A stretch of 64,000 bases of DNA from Daphnia carinata (lineage: Eukaryota). Each line of letters starts with the position of its first letter. The first letter of the stretch is position 1. Shown in pieces: positions 27,374 to 40,173 of the stretch. The position numbers and the translations under genes are program-made. The notes under the pieces are model-generated. The model did not search any database. It saw only the letters and a list, made by a program, of their open reading frames with translations, and had not been told where the DNA came from. The DNA is taken from assembly GCF_022539665.2 (NCBI RefSeq), contig NC_081334.1, positions 1,736,001 to 1,800,000 on the forward strand, in the 5' to 3' direction.

Positions 27374-28422
27374 TCACAAATGAAGAAGTGTTTTTAGCTG
27401 TTCGATCGTTTCCTCTGGACTTGAAACTTTGTGGCCGATCGTACGTGGGTCTTCATAAATTTCATGGTCGTTCCCTCCTGGTGCAGTTTTGTCACCAAAG
27501 AAATGAATTTCTTTATAGCCATCTTCACCTACGAAGCGAAGTGCGTACGTTTTGTCCCAACCTTTTGGGAATACGTCAAAGCTGATTTGACCACCTAATA
27601 CAAAAATTATAGAATTTTGAGAAATTACAATATACATTATAAAATAACAAATTCTTTTGACAAATACCTATACTGAACACTAGACCAAAGTCAGGAAATT
27701 CAGCTTGTAAATGTTTCACAAAGCTTTCTCTGATCTTGTGAACTTTATCGTATGCAGCAAACTCATCTCTTTCTGCTTGTGAACAACTTCTGCCCACTGG
27801 GCAGACATTTACAAGTCCATCACGAAATTCAATGAAAGTTCCTCTCTTAACAGGCAATATCAGCTTGGACATGTAGCTCAAGGCACTGTTTATGAACTTC
27901 TGGAGTTTTTCTTCCCCCACATGCTCTTGGATACTCTAAGTAAAAATTCTTCGATTAGCAGGTTCAATTTAAAGTAGTGACAGTCATATCTCTCTTACCA
28001 TTTTCCCTATTAGATCACCATTTTTATAGGCTATGAGACCATTTTCAGCAAAAACATAATCATATTTCTTGATAACTGTAAACAGGAAGAGCATTCTTAT
28101 AGGTTAAACTCATTCTGTAAAATGGATCAATAATAACAAGGCTTACCATCTGCTCCACCCATTTGCTCTGCAATTTTTGTTAAATCTGATCCACCCACAA
28201 GACCCATAGTTACAACTGGTTTTACTTTACTCAGCAGAAATTCTTCTGTGGTGGGAAGAATTTTCTACATGTAGAAGGTATTTATCAGATAACATACAAT
28301 TTCTTTCCTACCTAACTGCAAAGTAAATATGCTAAGGTTCTAAAAATTACCTGTCTAGGCATTGTCAACGTACCGTCTACATCAAATAGACAGATTATTT
28401 CTTCGCGTTTAAATGAAGACAT
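27374..28422 (-). CDS. PMM2: Phosphomannomutase (HAD IIB)
   Basis: Motifs are [48 protein letters not shown] and [15 protein letters not shown]. There are 5 coding exons with GT-AG introns. Confidence 0.96.
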
Positions 28423-28806
28423 TTTCGTAAGTCTTCGGAAATGTTGGAAAAGATAACGCGCCAGTCTTTTCAAGTAGTTGACACGTCAACAAAAATGCCA
28501 TCTAGCGGAGATCTCGTTTTTATTTACTTTAATGTATAATAACTATGAAGCCATAAACAAGTTGTACAAACAAGAGGTACCAAATTTAAAACAATTTATG
28601 GACCGTTTAAACACCCAACAGGCTGAGGAAAATAATGACGCAACACCGATCACGGTAGTAAATAACGCAACAAAAAAAACATATCGAGGGGAAAACACGC
28701 TCGCGTTCGTTATGGAATATACTGTACAATGAAATAGATTTTTCGCATCTTTTATGTTCATTCACTTTCGTACGCGCGAACACGAGAAAGTCAGGTAACT
28801 CATCCG

Positions 28807-30050
28807 TCAGTTTGAAAACTGCTGGTCGGTAATTTTTTTGTCGTTCATCTGCGCACGACGAAGAACGGTCGCTTCCAAAAATGAATCGGACTCTGTGACG
28901 CAAGCCGGTAAATATTCTCCCATATTCCACATTCCATCCGTGCAAGATTTTCCGGGTGTGCTCGATCCCTGACTTAGTAATGATCTGTAAATATCAGAAA
29001 AAGCATTTGAAAAATTTTCTCATAAAAGATAAGTATTTCAAATAAGATTGATACCTTTTACTGGGAGATTCAGATATGGCGGATGACGGACTAACTGCTA
29101 CTATATGCGACCGTAGTTTCGAGCTAGTACCGTTAAACAGATTGAAGGCAATCGAAGATAGGGTGTAGGTGACGAACACGAACAGCATAAGCGGTAGAGC
29201 CAAACACCCTAAGACTATCAGTAGGCCACCAAGTAAACAGCATCCGATTGTTAACAATGTGCCTAAAAATTTAAGTTAAAAAAGCCAATTTTGAGGAAAT
29301 GTCTCAAGTACTCAAGGTGACCTCCATTTTATCCCCCCTCCCCCAAAGTAAGATAGAAATAGGGACACGGGGAAACCCGTTCCAAGAAAGACGAGGGGTG
29401 GAGGATGGGTTCGAGTATTTCAGGGTTTAGGCTGATCACGTGGGCGCGACGTGGGCAGGGGGTAGCAAGGGAACAAATTATCTTGAGTGGGGTGCACTTG
29501 CACGTGTTAGATATGGAAAGTCGTATTGCAAGGTTGTAAATAGATGTATGAATTTTGGGAATACAAAAAAAAATAAACATACCTTCAACAAAAACAAATC
29601 CGAGGAAAGTAAATGCTGACGCCAGGACGCAAACCAAAACAGGGAAAGAGATGAGGCCGATAAAGCTCAACAGGACAACCGATGTCAAAGAACGCTCTCT
29701 AGCTAGCATACGCATCTGTTCCAGCCACGACTGAGAACTGATACGCTCACCTACGACATTGCGAATAAAATGCTATAACGTACGTGTAAGAATGAACAAC
29801 AAAGACAACGACTTACCAACGTCTTGGACTTTTTCCATAATGCGACTCTGAATCATCGTTTTTTGCCAGTTGAATTCGGGCAACGTTTTTCCTGCAATTG
29901 GGAAAAATACGATGAGGCTACATCAAGGTATGAAAATAGCAAAATCAAGATCCCACCTTTGTTGGTATTGCAATCGGAACAGTCCTCTTGGCTAGCAGTC
30001 CTGAAATCGCTGCTTGCTGCGCTCATCCTTTGAAGATTGCGAGGAGCCAT
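28807..30050 (-). CDS. Promethin/LDAF1 (TMEM159)-like lipid droplet membrane protein
   Basis: The spliced ORF runs MAPRNLQ...|GKTLPEFNW...|GERISSQSW...FPVLVCVLASAFTFLGFVFVE|GTLLTIGCCLLGGLL. The long hydrophobic double hairpin with a central 'VEG' fits promethin. The terminal exon (28984-28807) is less certain; the unspliced stop is at 28994. Confidence 0.65.
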
Positions 30051-31986
30051 AATGCTTGACGAAGTCGACGGCAATTTGCTAAAGCCAATGGTTGGCCAGA
30101 CAACGTCAAAATGGCACTTTAAGTGGACAAATCGCAAGGGGATATAACGACTGAAACGGCTTGACGAGCTCGGTAACGTTGATGCTGTTGTGCCTTCTTT
30201 CCAGCATGAATCGTTGTTCATCCTAGGTCCTCTCACCATGCGCTTTCTCCAACAGACTGACTGGCTTTTCGACATCAAAGGGACAAACGTTTCTATTTAT
30301 TCAAATGCTACCCAACCTTCACATCTCGCCCTCTGCCTCTTACTCTCAGAAACAGAAAAAAAAAGGAAAAAAAAAACCCCGAGGTGGTAAGGGGGCCTGA
30401 ACTTTGTGCTTGTGCCATGAGGAGGAGGGTCCACTTGAATAGACAAAACACAATTTGCTTCAGATTTTTCTTAGCGGGTTTTCTTAATTCATTCCAGAAA
30501 TGCGTTATCTGTTGCTCAACTGTAAAACGAAGTGCAACTCCTTTTTTTTTCCAATTCCTGGTATGAGTATATCATCCAAAATTTCCTCCACTGTGACAGT
30601 CTGAACTTTGATATTTGCATCTGTAGCAATCGGCCTCTGATTCTGTAATTGACGCGGGACAGTGATAGTAAAGTACGAAAGAGTAAACTCGAAAATTCGA
30701 CCTAATTTACCATTGCTCTTCCTTTCCTGAGGGCTATACACGTGATCATCAAATGAGCAGAGTATGGATTTCAAGGATATTCAAAGATCCATGCCGTTAC
30801 CAGGCGGAGTACATGACCACCAGCATGTTCGCCTAAATACTCGATACCATTGGATCTGTGGGGCCGCTTACGATTCTCTCTGGTCATCCTGCTCTTTGGT
30901 GGACATGACGTGGTTTGGGATTTTCCTCTGTCTTGTTATTCAGCTCGCTTCTGCGGTCAGTTTCAGTTCAGTTCCCAAATCCCATGTACCTACTACCTTC
31001 TTCATTGTTACTTCTTTTACTAACTGGTCTGAAATTTACTTTGCATTTAAGATTCCTTATGTAGCCAACAATAATGTAGTAATCAAATTCCTTTTGTTGG
31101 CAAGATCGTGGTTGAAATCACTTCTCGTTTCGTGGTTACCAAATTGCTCTACCAGAAAACAAAGAAAAAAGAACTTCTAATCAATTCTGAATGATAATAT
31201 GCTTCTCATCTTTTACTACCGAGATCTCTGTTGTAAGATCTCTATTATGAAATTTCATCGTTAAAATTTGAAGTTAAAAGAATGGGAAGGTTCTCTTGGA
31301 ATTGCGTCTTCTGGAATAACAGCTTAGTTCGCATAGGCCGAGTTCAATGATTCGAGAAAGAGTTAAGAAATACAACGGAAGACGGTGTGTATTTACATTA
31401 GTATAGGTCAACACAAAGTTCACATCCACTTTGCATTGAACGAAAGGGATGCTGTTCAGATGGACTTTAAACTAGATCATATCTGTCATGCTATCGGGTG
31501 TAAACGTGGGTTTCAGGACCAAACCAGTTTCATCCATAACCCATGTACCAAAGTTCCATAGTTCAAAAGAACATGAAACATAATTCACGCTGACCTTCAA
31601 CTTCCCTGCTTTCCACGGAAGAGCTGATGCAGTTCGAACTGCATCTCTGTCCATCCTGTATATTTAACACATTCTCGTTGGCTATGTACTGAGCGATATC
31701 CTTTACCGGTCAAATTCCATAGCTTATAACGACGCACGAAGACCTTCACGCGTGAATAACCACTCACGTGCATGCTTTACAGACCGCTGACGAATCACGC
31801 TACTTGATTGACGCCATTTTGACGCGACAACTTCACGGCACTCCGATTATATAGTAAGTCGACACCAACCTTTTAATACAAGAAGTCATCTAATCTAGAA
31901 GAAATGGGTGACGCACGAGTAACTAACTTCGATAAATATATATATCTGACAAACATTAACCACATGCCAAGAAGTGTGCATTATTT

Positions 31987-34192
31987 TTACTTTGAAGATC
32001 GGTTTTGCTTGACCTGCCGCTGAACGTATACGGCAACAACTGCTATGATGATCAGAAGAGCGATGCCCAATCCCAGGATAACGCCATAAAATGTCGAAGA
32101 TGATAGACAATCCGTTCGGGGCATCAGCATCCGGGAAAGCATGTCGGCAGATCCATTCACTACAGCTGAAAAATAATACATATGAGCATGACATAAAAAC
32201 AAGAATTTATGTCGGACGAACCCATAGGCATATTGTCTTCATCTTTAGGAAGGTAGACTTCAATTGCTCGATACATGGATAACATTTCCGGGTTTACTTC
32301 TGTACTATTGCTCGAGTTCATATCAGCCGCACGACGTTTTCGACTCGCTGTTCGGGAGTTGTAAGGTAAACTGAAAAAAATTAATCAGAATCAACCATAC
32401 CCTGGAAACCTTAATGTACGCCTCTTACTCGCAAGGAATCTGAGGTTGGCATTTCTCGAAACAAACTTGAATATCGCATTGAATCAATACCCGGGCGCTA
32501 GTAGGAAATCTAAAGGCCTATACTAAGAAAAATTAGATAAAGGAAATAGGTTTTTTGAAAGAGTACTTACTTTGAAGAGAACCCATTCGGTTGTGGTTTT
32601 CAAATTAGGCTCAGATTCCCGGACTTTTTGGAAATTTCCAAACAGCTTTGGCTTCACAGAGCAAGACGCCTCAATCACTTGAAGTTGCGTAACTAGAGGA
32701 CGTGCTGGAGCAACCCCTTGGTTTGGATCGACGTAGGGAGTGAGCGCTTGAGTAGTTTTACCTATATGCAAACTATTAACTCAGAGCCCATCGCAACCGG
32801 CAAGATTGAAATACCATCAGTCGCCCAGCAACGAAGCACATTTGAATCGAAATTGAAGACGTCATCGCCCAAAGTAAAAACCAAAGAGAGCATTTGGCCC
32901 AAATAAACAGGACCTAGAACAGGTGGAGCCCTGGGTCCCTCTCCATCCTGAATCTCCATCCACAATTTCGGTCCTACAAGATGGTAGATATAAAAATTAA
33001 TTGATTTATAAACAATGTATTGCCGAAACAACAATAAAATAAATCTGGGCATAAGATCAAAGAATTTGCCGATTCACCCTCCGTCCCAACCTCTTACCAG
33101 GGTGTGTTCGGACGATAGCTTCATTCTTTTCCCCAACAACAGAAGACAAATCAAATTTGATGGTCCGATTGTAATCTTCTGGTCGATCGCAACGGATGAG
33201 AATGTTAGTATCGTACTCCTGGACGAGGTCAGTATCCCACTGAATCATCAGCCGGTGCTAAAACGGAAGAAATCAGCAGTACTGAACACCCAAATGTTTG
33301 AACATGTTTACCTCAATAAAGGGATTAGTTCGCTGTGAATATCCAGGAACCATTGGTGGTGGAGGGGCTCCACAGATATCTTGGCTCAGTGTGAGCTTTA
33401 CTTCCCTCTCTCCATGACCAAGAAACAGGATGCACTTGTCAAAGAAACCATGTGGGTAGATGTAACCAGTGAACGGTTTTGAAAACCTACAACCAACAAT
33501 TTAAATGGGCATCCAAAATATAAAAAAGCAAGTCATTACTTGAAGTAGACATTCATGTAGGTCTTTAGGCACTCCAGATTTGTAGTAACTTCCTCACGAA
33601 TTTCAACGGGGCCATGATAGGCTGATCCCCCTGAACCAAATGCAGTTGGACCACCTAAAATGAATGATGTTCAGACGAGTTGCAGAAATAGACCAACATT
33701 GTACTACCATATGGCGGTGGTGGATTAACTCCAGGTGGTTGAGGAATAGGTGGAGGTACACCCTGCCCCGACTGTACAATATAAGGCCGACTACGTTCAT
33801 CCACCAATTCATCCTTCACTGGCGTAGTAACGCTCCCATAATCAGGCGCCGGGACATTTGCCTCGCGATCGTGAATTGAATGATCAATAGCAGCAGGTAA
33901 AACCGAAGCAATGCAGCACAGCAGCACAAGCTAGAGTACAATAGTAGCAAGATATTAACTTAAACAATTGAATTGGTTCGCTAAAATTAGCAATAGACAC
34001 GTGTTAAACTTTCGTCTGCAACTGGTGATATGATTCAATGCATACATTTCGAAGTATTAGTTTTAAACGTAAGTATCTGAAAGATGTAAGTCAACTCCCA
34101 TGAGTAACTACTAAATTGATTAAATTTTAAATATATTACATCACATTTTCGAACCAATTTACACTTACCCCGATGGGACATTCAGGCTTCAT
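31987..34192 (-). CDS. ZP-domain (cuticlin/dusky-like) transmembrane apical extracellular matrix protein (~10 exons)
   Basis: A signal peptide is followed by LECLKTYMNVYFKFSKPFTGYIY, VYLGQMLSL, VLRCWATDG, SCSVKPKLFGNF and FK|AFRFPTSARVLIQCDIQVCFEKC. A furin site RKRR precedes a C-terminal TM (FYGVILGLGIALLIIIAVVAVYV). Confidence 0.9.
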
Positions 34193-34217
34193 GTTAACTT
34201 TATGATTGCCTGCCAGT

Positions 34218-34256
34218 GACTGAGCACGGTATCCATGGTCGCATTGGGGTTTTTAA
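34218..34256 (-). promoter_or_regulatory. Core promoter of the ZP gene (TATA-like TTAAAAA plus Inr TCAGTC)
   Basis: On the minus strand TTAAAAA lies ~30 nt upstream of TCAGTC, which is ~25 nt before the ATG. Confidence 0.5.
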
Positions 34257-34727
34257 GCTTCTACAGAGGGAAGTTTTCGCGCTTAAAATGCTCGACTTTC
34301 ATTATGTCACCCTGCCTCTCACCCGATTCTAAAACGTAGAACCTGAGGCGACAACCCTACCCCAAGCACCGCTTGATAGATCTCCTGTTTTAGCCTGTCC
34401 ATTAAACTTCTAACGATGCTTACAATGGATTTGAATTCGATAACATTTCAAGAATACTACGTGAGTTTATTTTATAAAATCCACGTTTTCTGTGTCATTT
34501 GTGCGCAACAAAATGGCGTTTTCGCGGACAGCATGAAACATCTAAATGAAATTCTTTATTAGGCAACCCCTTGTCTCGCCTTTTACCTCTTAATAGGTTG
34601 CCAAATCTAACTTTTTATTTCGGAACGCCACGCGTGTGAAAACGCCACTTCGTGGTTTTTAATTACCCTGCCTCTTTTGTACACTGTAACCCACCTGGCC
34701 TCCCTACCTCTCGAACGGTAGTAGACC

Positions 34728-34758
34728 TATAAAAGGTGACACATTGCTCTCGTTCAGC
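34728..34758 (+). promoter_or_regulatory. TATA box and Inr of the Gly/Tyr-rich gene
   Basis: TATAAAA is at 34728-34734, TCAGC is ~26 nt downstream, and the ATG is at 34774. Confidence 0.65.
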
Positions 34759-34773
34759 ACCGACTCACTCACA

Positions 34774-36749
34774 ATGATTCGTCTAAGCAAGATCAACTCT
34801 CAAGTTCTCTTCTCGGTAAGTGTTATTTGAATATGTCTTCAGCATTTTGTTCAATGTATTTAGATTTAATTGCGATGTTTCTTTTAATTCGTAGTTTGGG
34901 GTGCTGGCCTTACTTCTAGCCGCATGCAAGACGAATGGAGCGAGCGTGGCGGTCGATTCTAAAGATTCCAATGTTAAAGTAACCGAATCTTACAAGGAAT
35001 CTGCTAAGGAGACATCTTACAGTGACGACCAGCTAAAACCTCGTATTGGTCTGTACACGCAAAAAATTGATCCTTATGGTACACTTGGACCCATTGGAGG
35101 CAATCAGGCTTTCGTCTTGACTTCGCTGAATAGCTACGGTAATGCCGATTGCTCTCTGCCAGTGCAGATAGTCGATGTCAGTTGAAAGCTGATTGTTATT
35201 TTAATGGGTTCAACTTTCCATAATTTCATCACTTGGCTGAAAAATTTGTTAAAAATTCTTATGCATTTAATCGTGTTTAGGTAGTTACGGTCCTTCCGGC
35301 AGTAGCTATGGTGGCCAACAGGCTGGCTCTTATGGTGCGACTCCACTGCCTTACATCGTGACTGGCAATTACGGTGGAAATGTTTACGGCTCTGCCTATT
35401 CTGGAGAATCAGCTTACAGCCCTGCTGCCTATGGTGCTGCCTCTGGGAGCTATAGTACCACCGCTGCTCCTTCATACGGATCTGGGTCTTCGAATTACGG
35501 CACAACGGCATCGTATGGTGTAACCCAGGCTCCGGCTTATGGCGGATCAGCTTACGGCGTCACTCAGGCATCAGCTTATGGAGCTTCATCTTACGCCGGA
35601 TCAGCTTATGGTGTCACTCCAGCTCCTATGTATGGTGGTTCTGCTTATGGCGCAACATATGGCCCCAGTTATGGTATGGGAAACTCGTATGGAGCAGCTT
35701 ACGGCGTCACGCCGGCCCCTACCTACGGAGGAGCTGCTTACGGTGTCACCCAGGCTTACGGAAACATGGCATCTTCCTATAGCGGAGCTGCTTATGGTGT
35801 TACTCCAGCCCCTGCTTACACAATGGCGTCATCGTACGGTGGAGCATACCACGTTACTCCGGCCACATCTTACGGCATGGGTTCCTTCTATGGTGGATCT
35901 GCTTATGCTGCTAACCAAGCCGCAACCTATGGCATGGGTTCCCTCTACGGCGGATCTTCTTACGGCGTTACACAAGCCCCAGTGTACGGCGGATCTTCTT
36001 ACGGCGTTACACAAGCCCCAGTGTACGGCGGATCTTCTTACGGCGTTACACAAGCCCCAGTGTACGGCGGATCTTCTTACGGCACTACACAAGCTCCTGT
36101 TTACAGTGGATCTTATGGCGTCACCCCAGCTCCATCTTATGGCGGTTATGGTGTCACTCAGGCTCCAGCTTACGGTGGATCTGCTTACGGAGTCACTTCA
36201 GCCTACAGTGGATCTGCTTATGGAGCTACACAATCTTACGGCAACATGGCTTCTTCTTACGGTGCATCATCTTACGGTGTTACACCAGCTCCTATTTACA
36301 ACAACATGGGCAACTACGGATCGTCGTACTCTGCATCAGCATATGGCGCTACTTCCGCTCCTTATGGCTACAACATGGGCTCATCGTACGGTGGTTACAG
36401 CGCTGCTTCGTCTCCCTTCTCTTATGGTGGCAACTTGAACATGCCTAGCGGTTCCTATTTAACTGGATCGACTTACGGCGCTGGAGGCTATGGAAGCAAT
36501 GCTGGATACGGTGGAGCTAGTAGCAGTTACGGTGTTGCGTCATCCCCTTACTCGTCATACGCTGGCAACATGGGCTCATTCTATGGCGGGGGTTACGGCA
36601 GCCCGTCTTCCTACCCTGAAGCTTATTACTCAACTGGATACGGCGGATATGGAAGTGGAGCTTACGGCGCAGGTTCCAGTTACAGCCCATTCTTGAACAG
36701 TGGCGCTGGATACAACATGAACCCTTACGGCAACATCGCTGCTTATTGA
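34774..36749 (+). CDS. Secreted Gly/Tyr/Ala/Ser-rich structural protein (cuticle- or eggshell-like; 3 exons)
   Basis: Exon 1 is MIRLSKINSQVLFS|gtaag. Exon 2 (~34895-35138) completes the signal peptide. Exon 3 (35281-36749) carries many YGVT[QP]APxYGGS[AS] repeats. No R&R chitin-binding consensus was seen. Confidence 0.88.
35946..36083 (+). repeat. Perfect 39-bp coding tandem repeat, ~3.5 copies (YGGSSYGVTQAPV)
   Basis: tacggcggatcttcttacggcgttacacaagccccagtg occurs three times, followed by a partial fourth copy. Confidence 0.95.
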
Positions 36750-36922
36750 TCTTGTTATTGTTCGTTTGTTAGAAAGTCAAATAGAAGTATTTAATTGAAA
36801 TTGTGTTAAATTTTATTTACTTGGGTTCCACAAGGTTTTCTCAGGGATGGAAAATTTACAATGTTGAATTTTTTGTCGAAAACAACGCCATGGGATTGAA
36901 AATTAAAAGACACGCTGCAAAT

Positions 36923-38335
36923 TTACAAAAGCATTTTGGCAAACTCTGCAACGAGACGAAGAGCATTGCCATTAGTTCAAAGAAATTATTTTTAGATAAC
37001 ATGAAATACCTTCATAATTGATACGCCCGTCCTTGTCGACATCAGCCATTTTGATGAGCTCGTTGAGGCCTTCCTCGGTCATGGATTCGTCGATTAATTC
37101 CATCGCTAGTCTCAATTCATCCTGTAACCGCAAAGGATAAGTGTTTTAATTAGGAATGCATACTAAAAGAAAAGCCAATATACTTTAGTTATGAACCCGT
37201 TCTTGTCGCGATCAAAAACTCGAAAGGCTGCCACTAAATCCAGGCCGGCTTCCTCATCCGCATTGCTGCCGCTGTCATCAGACTGTGACGGGCGAAGGGC
37301 TTGGATACGTTTGACCCACTGGAAAAATTCCGCCTCGTTCATCAGAGTGCTTCCTGTCAGCAAATTTTGGCCAGAAAAACCAAAAAAGGTGGGAAAAAAA
37401 AAGTAAACAATTAAAATAAGAAAAATTATTTAGTTTGTTTTCTTTTCTTTATTAAATTTTTTTTTCCTGGATTTGTTTCATGTCCGGAAGAAACTCACGT
37501 CAATTCTTCATTCAGTGTCTAATCCGAAAGTCCCGGGAATCCGGATGAAGCAACCAAGCTTTTCTTTGGTTTGTTTTGCAGTGTAAAGTTATTTCCAACT
37601 TGGCATGCATTCTGACAGCTTTTAAAGACTCAAGTGATGGATATAGATCAGCCGACATTTTGATTGCGTTCAAGAACGTCCCCGCTTTATCTTTACTTCG
37701 TCCGAGCATATGGGGAAAACGACACACGGTGTGTTGTGCAGTCATTTCGAATAATAATAATTTTCTTTCTTTTTTGAACGCAATGCGCACATGTCTCCAT
37801 GGCAAACGAAACCGCCACGGAGAACACGTGGCACGTAGGAGTTTAATTTTAGTCCGACATTAAACACGGCGAGCCAGCCAACCGAAAGATACCGATTTAT
37901 CCTTTTTATATTTTGTGTGTGTGTGTGTATACTGGTCAGTTCCAGCACTGGGCAAACAGGTTAAATTTTTTTTGTTTTGTTTCTTTCCCATTCCAATATT
38001 CGATTACGCGTTTCACTTGAGGTCACGGACGAAATAGAAATACAACTGGAAAAGAGAAAGAGGAAATGTTTTTACCCGATTGACTCGCTTGCCGGACCAA
38101 ATTGAGGACAATGTCCTCTCGTAAATTGATGCCCAGTTGTTGGAGCATGCTCTGGACCTCTAAGGCTGTAATTCGGCCGTCCCTATCCGAATCCATCAAG
38201 ATAAAGGCCGTCCGTAATTCTAAAATTTTGGCCGAAAAAAACAAAAACAAAAATTGGAACTCTTCAAATTGGAAATTGCACATTGAAAGGCGAATTATTA
38301 CCGTCTATTTCCGACTGAGATGGTACTCGATTCAT
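36923..38335 (-). CDS. Eip63F-1: Calmodulin-like EF-hand calcium-binding protein, E63-1 (Eip63F-1) type; N-terminus may extend to ~39437
   Basis: The spliced product is MNRVPSQSEID|ELRTAFILMDSDRDGRITALEVQSMLQQLGINL...|GSTLMNEAEFFQWVKRIQALR...DLVAAFRVFDRDKNGFITK|DELRLAME...ADVDKDGRINYE|EFAKMLL*. It has three canonical EF hands and a degenerate second one, matching the E63-1 pattern. Confidence 0.88.
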
Positions 38336-40173
38336 GGCGGAAGCCTGCGGATTTTGCTGAAGCAATGGAGAAGACGAGAAGATTGCGAAAGGAAGATGAA
38401 GAATTCTTGCTGAAAAGGGCGAGCAAAAAGCAAGTGACTGGCGGGCGGGAAGGCCGCGGGCCCACTGCGACTAAAAATACTGGTAAAAAGACAAGAGACA
38501 CGAGTGTTCCACTTATTTTTGACATACGACGCGCGCACCGCACAGCACAACGAAAAGGCAAAAAACACAAGGCAAAAGAAAATAGCGGATGGATGAAGCC
38601 AAGTCCTCTGCGTTCTCGGCTCGTCCTCTCTCCGAGCGTCGCCTCTCCACCGAAAATAGAACAAAAATCGCACACACATACACACTCGACGGCAAAGAAC
38701 GGGAGTCGATCCGGCGTACGTGTCGTAGACTGCGACGCATAGCGACTTTGCGCTACCAACAACAGCAAAAAAACACGACAAGGTCTCATCAGAACGTAAC
38801 GTATTCAATCACGTTGGTCATGTTCTTTTCCGGACCGGTTCATTTCGGATTCGGGTTGGTGCGAACTTGTTGAATCCGCACACTAATCTTCAATGACAGC
38901 TCGAAAATGAATCAATTGTTCACCGAGTGCACACTCTTGTTTACAACAACAACAAACTTAACTCTCCTGTCATGTCCTTGGCGCTCTGCATTTCTTATTC
39001 TCTCGTTTCACTTTATCAGGTGGATTGCATCCTCCATTTTCGTCAGTTCTAAGCAATCAACTCTGTGTGACAGGGATCTTTTGTGAATCGTGATGAAGGT
39101 GAACTGCTTTTCTTTTTTTTTTTTTTTTCCTCGAGTGGTCTTTCATTCTGGTCACGACAGATACAACCAAGAAGGCCATGGCCTACGATTTATTCCCCTC
39201 TTGCAAAGAAAAAAATTTAGCTCAAGTACATGAAATGAAATAAGAAAAAACGAATTGCCTAAACTGATATATCACGCAATGTTGGCTTGTTTTTGATACC
39301 TGAAAGCTAAGCAGCTGTTCCTGTCTTCCAGACTTGAGTGTCGTCCCGTTAAATGCAAATCCTGATGGAGGGTCTGTTCTAGTGGAGTCTGCATCGCTGG
39401 CTTGATTCGTTCGATAGTTATTAGCTTGACATGACAAATGGTGCAGACTGATGACGAGTTAGACATCTAAATCACAAGACAGCAATGTCGTGAAAACATC
39501 TACGAGCTTCCATTAAGTTTTCTCAGTGTTTGCAATGAAAACTGAATTCGGTAATAACGAGAGCGAGCGTGCTATCGGAAATCTAATGACGCTCCGTCAT
39601 TGGCTACTTCCTGTTCTTTGTAATATGATAACGTTGTCAATTACCATTGGAAGTGCACCTTTTAAAGAAACGGAGATAGAGGCACCCGTTTTCCATATGC
39701 TTCCTTCTTAGGGTGGACTGTCCTTTTTTTTCTTCTCAACAAGACCTAAGGATATTAGAAAAAAGCAGGACATTAATGCGGAAGTTAGAGCACGAAGTAA
39801 GGAACTCACCAACTATCGACGCAGTTACACAAAGATCACGTTGTTTTGTTTGTTTTTCCATTTATGGGACGCTCGTGTTGGCGTGTCGCTCGTCACATCA
39901 GCTGGCCCACCTAAAGCTTAACTAACGCCATCAAATAGCAAAATGCCGTGAAAAAGGGCGTACGTCTTAAATTTGTTTTCTTCTTCTCCGTACGTGCCGC
40001 GTTTCATTCTTTGGGCTCAACGATCTGTTTGGTCGAAGAGTATCCGTAGAAGTATTCGTGTGTATAGTTTTTGAATCTGATCATGTACACAATAATGAAC
40101 AACTGGCACGCACAACTTGGAACTGAGGAACAGGAATCGAATGGATGAAAGGGGGAAGGAATGTATCACTTGT

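Noticed and set aside
30505..31654. ORFs 30764-31180 (+) and 31472-31654 (-)
   Set aside because: They have no family motifs, and candidate spliced frames hit stops. A small gene or relic cannot be excluded without RNA-seq.
35946..36083. Regular 39-bp direct repeats resembling a CRISPR array
   Set aside because: There are no unique spacers, the repeat is in-frame coding sequence, and the context is eukaryotic.
35539..36438. 299-aa +1 frame ORF overlapping the Gly/Tyr-rich exon
   Set aside because: It is explained by repeat codon bias (TAC/GGC/GCT) removing stops, and there is no independent evidence.
37512..37863. ORFs within the E63-1-like intron as a possible alternative exon
   Set aside because: There is no EF-hand similarity and the splice signals are weak.
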